Origin: an uncultured Actinomycetota bacterium
GTDB taxonomy: Bacteria; Actinomycetota; Humimicrobiia; Humimicrobiales; Humimicrobiaceae
Assembly: GCA_964481885.1 (NCBI GenBank)
Contig: CAYZUS010000011.1
Location: forward strand, 1-34,368
Direction of reading: 5' to 3'
DNA length: 34,368 bases
Positions 27,404 through 34,368 of this stretch are shown here, piece after piece. The notes beneath the pieces were generated by a model. The model saw nothing but the letters and a program-made list of their open reading frames with translations, had not been told where the DNA came from and ran no database searches. Made by a program: the position numbers and the translations under genes. Numbering within the stretch: position 1 is the stretch's first letter; each line of letters starts with the position of its first letter.

Positions 27404-29311
27404 TCATTTCTCTGCTATGACGATTATGCTGTCACGTGCTGAAAAATTTATCATTTCTGATTTTACCGGATTTACATATATGCCGTAGTTTTCTTCAGCA
27501 ATTTTTTCCTTATCCAGAACCTTATAACCTATGGCGACTTCTCCACGTCTCGCAGCGGATTCAACAACTGTGTAGAAATTGACTGGTTCTGTTATTTTTA
27601 CATATTTTGCAGCTTCTTTAAGGTAAATCTCCGAACCTTCTGCATCAAACAAGTCTGCAAAAACAAGGTTCAGTACTTTATTTTCGGAGATCTGTGTCAT
27701 CAGCAGGCTAATCAGCCGGTTGCTTACTATAAAATCATTGACCTGCGCAATCTCTGCAAGCGCCCTGTTTTTAATATCCTGCATTTCGCTTATAAGTGAA
27801 AAACTTATGCTCTTCTTCATTGAGATATCGCGAAGATGCAGAAGAGTGATCAGAGTCTTTGCGTCTGCTTTCTGCATTTCAAGGTCATGGTAGGAAAGAA
27901 TAACTATGTGGCTGTAATTCTTTTCTGCAAGGCTGTCAAGGACCGCCCTGTCGTTTATATCAGCTTCAACACATTCAAGCTTTATATTTTTAAGGTTTTT
28001 GGAGCATTTATCTTCAAATGCGGATTTGCTCCCCTTAAATTCTGCAGACAGAGTCACCAGGGACCCTTTTTGCACATAGTTGTCCAGTTCTATTACTATG
28101 GTTTGGGCATTTTCATTAAAACCCAATATAAGAACTTTGTCCTGATTTTTAAGGGTGCCGTGATTTTCATCATTATCTTTTCCTTCTTCCGGCGGTTCCG
28201 GAGCCATGGCGCTTTCCATTACAGGTATTTTGACTTTACCTGAAAATACTGCCTTGTCGTCATCAGCGCTAATGGCTATGACCATATCTTTCTCTTTAAT
28301 AAGAGTATCCATTGGAGGGTTAACACAGGCCTTGCCTCCAGTGCATAAACCGATTATTGCCGAATCGTCATACATAAGCAGCGACTGCTTGAAAGTCTTT
28401 CCTGCCAGTGCGCTGCAGTCTGTAAGGTATATTTCATCACCTCCGAAATCAAGCAATTCATTATAGACCAAAGACAGGCCGGGCTGAAGGCAGGTCTGAG
28501 CAGTGAGCCTCGAAATAATATCCTTGGACAGGATAAATTCCACTTCGGAACCTCCGGCTATTTTGCCGACTTCAAGATTTTCAGGCTTGTCAAGCATTGC
28601 AACAATGTGGTATGGCTCTTTTCTCCTGTTTTTATTGTTTACTATTGCAAGCACTATTTTTATTACTTCTGAATCATCCTCTTCAAGAAGAATTATGGAC
28701 CTTGAACTGTTTATGTTGACCATGCTCAAGTCGTTTATTTCAAGAGGATTTCCCTGGCGGCATATTATCCTGGTATTTTTTCCCAACTGAATTCTTTCCT
28801 TTATCGTATCTTCCATTTCGACTTTATCTTTTTGGCCCATTACAACTATTATGCCCCGTTTCTGATTTGCATTTGCCTCCATAAGCTCAGAGATTATGGT
28901 AAAGATCTGCTCGGACCATCCAAGTATTACAGTGTGTCCCTTTTCAATAACCAGTGATCGCCCTTTTCGCAAAGACTCCAATTTACCTTCAATACCGGTG
29001 GTCAAAACCCCGATAAGCAAGCTTATGATAAAGATTCCGCCAAGGGTTATGGCAAACATTGAAAGTAAAAACAGCCCACTTCCCTCATCTCCACCCATGG
29101 TACCGGCATCAAGGGTCCTCATTATGCTCATCCAGATAATCTGCAGGAAACTTTTGTCAGGGCTTGATCTTGTCACCCATGCAAAAAATGAAATTATCAG
29201 TATAAGAATAACGGATACAATAGCGAGAATCCCGATAAGCGCAGAAGTTCCCCTCGACATCAGGTTGTCAAACCAGTACCGTATCTTCTGGCGGTTAGAT
29301 TCTCTCTTCAT
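27404..29311 (-). CDS. CASTOR/POLLUX (DMI1)-related ion channel with tandem RCK domains
   Basis: RYWFDNLMSRG start, TM-pore-TM with TLDAGTMGGD, LRKGRSLVIEKGHTVILGWS, QPGLSLVYNELLDFGGDEIY, TLITLLHLRD and LFDAEGSEIYLK. Confidence 0.87.
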   Translation of the reverse strand: MKRESNRQKIRYWFDNLMSRGTSALIGILAIVSVILILIISFFAWVTRSSPDKSFLQIIWMSIMRTLDAGTMGGDEGSGLFLLSMFAITLGGIFIISLLIGVLTTGIEGKLESLRKGRSLVIEKGHTVILGWSEQIFTIISELMEANANQKRGIIVVMGQKDKVEMEDTIKERIQLGKNTRIICRQGNPLEINDLSMVNINSSRSIILLEEDDSEVIKIVLAIVNNKNRRKEPYHIVAMLDKPENLEVGKIAGGSEVEFILSKDIISRLTAQTCLQPGLSLVYNELLDFGGDEIYLTDCSALAGKTFKQSLLMYDDSAIIGLCTGGKACVNPPMDTLIKEKDMVIAISADDDKAVFSGKVKIPVMESAMAPEPPEEGKDNDENHGTLKNQDKVLILGFNENAQTIVIELDNYVQKGSLVTLSAEFKGSKSAFEDKCSKNLKNIKLECVEADINDRAVLDSLAEKNYSHIVILSYHDLEMQKADAKTLITLLHLRDISMKKSISFSLISEMQDIKNRALAEIAQVNDFIVSNRLISLLMTQISENKVLNLVFADLFDAEGSEIYLKEAAKYVKITEPVNFYTVVESAARRGEVAIGYKVLDKEKIAEENYGIYVNPVKSEMINFSARDSIIVIAEK

Positions 29312-29470
29312 TTGTTTCCATCCTTTTTTATAAAAATTTCCAATAACTTAAATAAGATAATAAAGTTGTGATTATTTTAAAAAAACCAACTTTTTTATTT
29401 TATATTTTATCGGCAAAAATATGAAAAAAATATATAAAGACCGGAGAGTTTTTTAAAATGATTTTCTTTT

Positions 29471-29500
29471 TTTTGAATATATTTTGAATACATTTTGAAT
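29471..29500. promoter_or_regulatory. Three direct repeats of TTTTGAAT with 11-bp period; candidate regulator-binding site
   Basis: TTTTGAAT at 29471, 29482 and 29493, in the divergent intergenic region. Confidence 0.4.
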
Positions 29501-29640
29501 TCAGCCACTTAAGATTTAATCTGCTTTTTTTATTCCTCAATAAAACATTTTAAAAAATGCTGATATTGGATAATATATTTTAAAAAGCTTAAAAAATTAA
29601 TTATAAGTAAAGAAATATCATATGAAAAGCATAAAAATTT

Positions 29641-30291
29641 ATGGAAATTAAAGAAGATGTTTTTCCGGAAGTTAAGGATACCGGATGCTCAGTTAATAAA
29701 AAAATTATTGTTTTTGACCTGGGAGGGGTCATTCTTAAATTCAGCCACCTGTCAATCTGCGAAAGGCTCTCAGAGCTTTCAAATACTTCTGCAGATAAAA
29801 TTTATGAATTTATTTTTAATAACAGCCTGGAAAGCAGGTACGATACCGGAGAGATGACTTCCAAAGATTTTTATGGAGAAATAATAAAATACTTAAAAAT
29901 AGATTTGGGATTTGATGATTTTTACTATATCTGGACAAATATATTTGAAGAAAATGTTGAAGTTTCGAAAATTATTACTGAATTAAAAAAACAAAACCAT
30001 AAACTCTTATTACTTTCAAATACCAATGAAATGCATTTCAATTTTGTTAAAAATAAATTTGATATATTAAATGTTTTTGATGATTTCACACTATCTCATA
30101 TTGAGGGCTGTAGAAAACCTGATATCAGTATTTTCAAGAAGGTCTTTAATAAAACCGGAACCTCCCCTGTTGGCCATATATATATTGATGATATCAAAGA
30201 AAATGTAATTGCTTCAAGGTCAATTGGAATGACAGGTATTCATTTTAAAAATGCTGACAAATTAAAAAAAGATCTGGCTCATTATTTGTAG
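29641..30291 (+). CDS. HAD-superfamily phosphatase (YihX-like)
   Basis: Motifs I FDLGGV, II LSNTN, III RKPD and IV IDD. Confidence 0.9.
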   Translation: MEIKEDVFPEVKDTGCSVNKKIIVFDLGGVILKFSHLSICERLSELSNTSADKIYEFIFNNSLESRYDTGEMTSKDFYGEIIKYLKIDLGFDDFYYIWTNIFEENVEVSKIITELKKQNHKLLLLSNTNEMHFNFVKNKFDILNVFDDFTLSHIEGCRKPDISIFKKVFNKTGTSPVGHIYIDDIKENVIASRSIGMTGIHFKNADKLKKDLAHYL

Positions 30292-30618
30292 AACCGTAAT
30301 TATTGTTATTGAGCTACAATTATACACTGCAATCAACGATATCATAAAATCTGTTTTGCCTGAATCACTCTGGCTGCCTTAAAGTCAAAAAATATATCAT
30401 TTAAAAAATTATGCCCTTAAACTATAATCTTTTAGCAAAGTTAAATGAAAATCATTACAAACAAATTTCAGCAGATAATTTTAACTGATTTTGCCTCATA
30501 TCCGGGTGTGGGGATTAAATAAGTCAGTATTTCTATGTTTTCTGATAAAAAAGCAAAACATCAGGCAATTAACCATATTGCCAGCAATAAAGGCTATTGC
30601 CAAGATACCGACAACTGA

Positions 30619-33330
30619 ATGGAAAATAACGAAGAAAAAGTAAAATTAAAAGACAGGCTTGCCGGTTTTTACAAAAATCTTATAGGCAAACGTACGGCAG
30701 GACCAGATGTTTTTTATAAAAGCGTAAAGGATAAATTCAGCGGAAAGTTCGCTGTTTTTGGAAACAAACTTGACACTCTTTTTGAAATTACGGGACCATT
30801 TAATGAGGCCGCCGAAGAAAGGCTTGCCGGTTTTTCCAGGAGGCGCCTTTTTTTCAGGATTTCTTTTGCTTTTGTATTCCTCTTTATATATGTGATGCTC
30901 TTTTTGTGCTTTCCCCCCACCGAGCTCTTTAAAAACACTACTACAAACGGCGGTGATATGGGGGCACATAATTACGCAGCCAAGTTTTTTATTGATAACC
31001 TCCTGCCCAGCTTCAGGATGTCCGGATGGGACATGGGATGGTTTGCAGGAATGCCCATGCTGACGTTTTATTTTCCACTGCCGTTTTTGCTGATTGCCCT
31101 GCTGTCAAAGCTGGTTGTCTATAATGTGGCATTCAAACTTGTGACAGTTCTTGGAAGCCTTATGCTGCCGGCGGCGCTTTATTTTTTTGGCAGAATGCTC
31201 AGGTTTAAATATCCATTCCCGCAGTTTGCAGCAGTAGGGGCAATGGCATTTCTATACATGAAAAGCTTCAGCATATACGGAGGCAATTTCCTCGGTACCT
31301 TTGCAGGTGAATTCAGTTATTCCATTAGCTTTGCCCTGGTAATTTTTTTTCTTGCCACTTTATACAGAGGCTCAGAAAATGGCAAGTTTGACTGGCTCTT
31401 TGCAATAAACTGTATTCTTCTCGGAGGCATAGTAATCTCCCACCTTATAACTTTAATTGCGGTCATTGTGATTGCGCCGAGCCTTTTTCTGATAAACCGT
31501 AGCTGGAAATGTGCCAGGTACATAATAGTCGTGTTTATTATAGGTTTTTTTCTTTCTGCATTCTGGTCCCTGCCTTTTGTGATGCTTGTAAAATGGACGC
31601 CTACGATGTCCTGGACCAACATAAAAGATCTTAAAAGCCTTTTTCCTCTTGAGATAATACCGGCTCTTGTTCTGGGTGCCATCGGCCTGTTTTTTTCAAC
31701 AATTAAAAAAGACAAAAGAGTAGTTCCCATAACCTGGACAGTCATTGTGTTTATGTCTGTTTTCTTTACCTGGAACGGAGGCCGGCTTTATAATGCCAGA
31801 TTTTTACCATTTATTTTTCTTTTTATTTACCTGCTCGCCGCATACGGAATATCGCACTTATACTGGCTTTTCGTAACAGTCTTTCCTCTCATAAGGAAAC
31901 GGAGAGTTAAAAAAGACGGTGCCGGGGAGATTTTCGAACCCTGCAGTATTCAGGAATCATGTCACGAATCTGACCAGAATATGGCGTTTAAGGCCGTACC
32001 TGATTTTACAGTGGATCTACAAATTGAAGTACCACAAAAATCACTGGCCGAGAAAACAAATATACCTGGACCGGAAGATACGCCTAAACTGGAGGATGTA
32101 ACTGTTCCGGAAAATATGCCTGGACCGGAAGATATAACTGTTCCGGAAGATATAACTGAAATTAAGACAAGGGCGGATTTCAGACCGGGTTTGTGGATGC
32201 GCCTTAAAGAAAAGATGGTCGGGGAAATTCCCGAAGCTAATTTTACAAAATTTAGAAAAGGTTTTTACAAATTTATAGTTATAGCATTTGTCCCGATAAT
32301 TGCTGTCATTGCAGGCGCAGGCATATGGGCCGGAAATCCTCTTGGCCCGGCTTGGGCGCGCCACAACTTTACAGGTTTTGAAGAAAAACCTGACTGGAAA
32401 ACATATGATGACGTCATGAAATACCTTGACAGCCTTCCATACGGGAGGGTCATGTTTGAATTTAATAAAGAGATAATACAGAAATATGGCACTCCGCGTT
32501 CTTTTGAACTTATACCTTTCTGGACAAAGCAACCCGGCATGGAGGGTTTGCTGGTTGAGAGTTCGCTCACTGCACCCTGGCATTACATGAATCAGGCTGA
32601 GCTTTCATTAAAACCAAGAGGCACCGTTGCAGGCTGGAGTGTTCCTGGCCGTAATTATGAAGCAGCAATCAAGCACCTTCAATATATGAACATAACTTAT
32701 ATAATGGCCTGCACAGAAGAAGTAATTGCTGATTTGGACAGTGACCCCAGAGTTGAGTTTTTAAACAAGATAGACCCCTGGTATTTTTATGAAATGAAAG
32801 GTGACCATAACTATGTCGAAATTATGGACAATGCTCCCTACAGGTATAAGACCGATGACTGGATAAATGATATGAGGGACTGGTATAAGAGTGCTGATAA
32901 TGTGGATAACCCTGTTATTTACGATGACGGAAGCATAAATATGGCTGATTTTATTTCAATTAACAAAGAATCTTTAAAAAATGTCCCTGAAAATCCAGTA
33001 GTCACAAAAGGCGAGATTACATATGAAAAAGTTGAGAGGGAAAAAATTGAATTCTACACCACCGGCATTGGACAACCGCATCTTGTAAAGGTATCGTATT
33101 TCCCAAACTGGAAGGTTACCGGAGCTGAAGGTCCATATCTGGTCTCACCCTCCCTGATGCTGGTTTATCCGACACAGAACGAGGTAACACTTTATTACGG
33201 AATGACTCCTGCCAACAGAATCGGCGTAACTCTTTCTGTTTCAGGCTGGGTAGTAATAGTGCTGGTGCTTGTAGTTAACCTGGTTTTTTACCTGAAGTCA
33301 AAACGGGCAAAAAAACGCTGTGATAAATAA
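30619..33330 (+). CDS. Polytopic membrane protein of the 'PTPS-related' family, probable GT-C glycosyltransferase
   Basis: GGDMGAH acidic loop after TM1, GWDMGWFAGMP..FYFPLP, GGNFLGTFAGEFSYS, many TMs, extracellular domain ending SYFPNWKVTGAEGPYLVSPSLM, final TM. Confidence 0.75.
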   Translation: MENNEEKVKLKDRLAGFYKNLIGKRTAGPDVFYKSVKDKFSGKFAVFGNKLDTLFEITGPFNEAAEERLAGFSRRRLFFRISFAFVFLFIYVMLFLCFPPTELFKNTTTNGGDMGAHNYAAKFFIDNLLPSFRMSGWDMGWFAGMPMLTFYFPLPFLLIALLSKLVVYNVAFKLVTVLGSLMLPAALYFFGRMLRFKYPFPQFAAVGAMAFLYMKSFSIYGGNFLGTFAGEFSYSISFALVIFFLATLYRGSENGKFDWLFAINCILLGGIVISHLITLIAVIVIAPSLFLINRSWKCARYIIVVFIIGFFLSAFWSLPFVMLVKWTPTMSWTNIKDLKSLFPLEIIPALVLGAIGLFFSTIKKDKRVVPITWTVIVFMSVFFTWNGGRLYNARFLPFIFLFIYLLAAYGISHLYWLFVTVFPLIRKRRVKKDGAGEIFEPCSIQESCHESDQNMAFKAVPDFTVDLQIEVPQKSLAEKTNIPGPEDTPKLEDVTVPENMPGPEDITVPEDITEIKTRADFRPGLWMRLKEKMVGEIPEANFTKFRKGFYKFIVIAFVPIIAVIAGAGIWAGNPLGPAWARHNFTGFEEKPDWKTYDDVMKYLDSLPYGRVMFEFNKEIIQKYGTPRSFELIPFWTKQPGMEGLLVESSLTAPWHYMNQAELSLKPRGTVAGWSVPGRNYEAAIKHLQYMNITYIMACTEEVIADLDSDPRVEFLNKIDPWYFYEMKGDHNYVEIMDNAPYRYKTDDWINDMRDWYKSADNVDNPVIYDDGSINMADFISINKESLKNVPENPVVTKGEITYEKVEREKIEFYTTGIGQPHLVKVSYFPNWKVTGAEGPYLVSPSLMLVYPTQNEVTLYYGMTPANRIGVTLSVSGWVVIVLVLVVNLVFYLKSKRAKKRCDK

Positions 33331-33377
33331 TTAAAATTCTTTGGCCCTCGTCAATATTTCCAATTCAGCCACACTCT

Positions 33378-34346
33378 TTATCTGATGTTTTTTACCTTTA
33401 TTTTTTTAATCAAGCGATATTTTAAATTTATAATACTTAATGATATTTTCCTGATAGGATTTTTATTGTATCTTTGCATCATATCTTTTGCAGCAAATTT
33501 TATAACCACTTCCCTGCCGTATTTTAAACTTAAATATCTTTTATGCTCATTTATCCAGATATAAAGGTCCGTTTTGGTGCGGTTTGGGAATTTTTCCAGT
33601 ATTCCGTAACTCTTTATCGACTCGATAGCCGGCAGATAAATGCTGTCATACCATACGAGTGACGCATCTTCAAATGTCAGCAGTTTTTTATCTTCTTTGA
33701 TGTTTTCGTTAAGCTGCACCAAAAGCTTGTTTATCTGCCCTAAAAGGATGTCATACTGGCCGGGTGCCGTAACCCTTGTCTTTATATCCGGCCTGCTGTT
33801 TTTAAGACCTGTTGAATTTAGAAAGTTTTCCCTCTCAATAAGTATGAATATATCTTTCGGGTCCATGTCCGATGTAATTTCAACATCAGTAATAAACTCT
33901 GTAACTTCAGCATCAATATATTTTACACCCATTTTTTTTGACACGCTTACTCTGTGGTTGCCGTCCAGGACAAAATAAATCTTACCCACCTTGTATAACT
34001 TTACGGGCGGAAGAATAACATCCCGCAACAGAAGGTTATGGATTTGTGCCCATCTTCTCTGCAAGTGGGCCTTTTTCGGAAGAAAATACCTGTCAAAGTC
34101 ATTATAGCGGTCGATGCTTCCAATAATATCATCAACAGGTACGGGCCTTATGCCAAGATTGCTCCGCCTGTATAGTCCAAATCCTTTTTTTATTTTTTCA
34201 AAAGACAGGAGTTCATTATTGCGTCCAACGAGCAGGTATTTTAAGTTGTTAAGCAATGAAACAAACATGGCGCTTTCAAACTCCTGGTTTGAAGCAGTAA
34301 TTGAATCACTTAAAATGCCATTATTAAAATCAGTATTTTTATTCAT
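33378..34346 (-). CDS. ParB/Sulfiredoxin-like N-terminal domain protein with DUF4032-like C-terminus
   Basis: VPVDDIIGSIDRYNDFD and LPPVKLYKVG..YFVLDGNHRVSV (ParB-N DGxHR motif). C-terminal WYDSIYLP...RTKTDLYIWINEH. Confidence 0.78.
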   Translation of the reverse strand: MNKNTDFNNGILSDSITASNQEFESAMFVSLLNNLKYLLVGRNNELLSFEKIKKGFGLYRRSNLGIRPVPVDDIIGSIDRYNDFDRYFLPKKAHLQRRWAQIHNLLLRDVILPPVKLYKVGKIYFVLDGNHRVSVSKKMGVKYIDAEVTEFITDVEITSDMDPKDIFILIERENFLNSTGLKNSRPDIKTRVTAPGQYDILLGQINKLLVQLNENIKEDKKLLTFEDASLVWYDSIYLPAIESIKSYGILEKFPNRTKTDLYIWINEHKRYLSLKYGREVVIKFAAKDMMQRYNKNPIRKISLSIINLKYRLIKKIKVKNIR

Positions 34347-34368
34347 ATTTTTCCAATATCTTTATTCA

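Noticed and set aside
1031-33978. The many other short ORFs in the track (e.g. 1882-2373, 7482-7922, 8215-8616, 28896-29333, 32041-32583)
   Set aside because: They are antisense or out-of-frame shadows of well-supported genes and carry no domain motifs.

Overview
AT-rich bacterial chromosomal window, probably from a low-GC, non-sporulating monoderm. The gene order glmU-prs-rplY-pth-mfd-prsA-mazG-divIC-ppx-tRNA-Leu(TAA) is Actinomycetota-like; this assignment is inferred from synteny only. Left to right: nikR; an MntA/HepT (type VII) toxin-antitoxin pair next to the 3' end of tRNA-Leu, bounded by a short copy of the tRNA end; a minus-strand housekeeping block lacking the usual eno and DUF501; a radical SAM gene; a complete monoderm-type Pel exopolysaccharide cluster (SDR-fused pelD, pelE, pelA-deacetylase, pelF, pelG, separate pelA-hydrolase); then a TPM-domain protein, a lipoprotein, a CASTOR/POLLUX-like ion channel, a HAD phosphatase, a GT-C-like membrane protein and a ParB-N/DUF4032-like protein. 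The most notable points are the Pel locus, whose PelD carries two catalytically dead domains but keeps the RxxD c-di-GMP site, and a recurring pattern of short tandem duplications inside genes (mfd, radical SAM, GT-C protein) and between them (pelF-pelG spacer, 52-bp higher-order repeat, REP/MITE-like pair near the tRNA). All calls come from reading motifs by eye; no searches were run.
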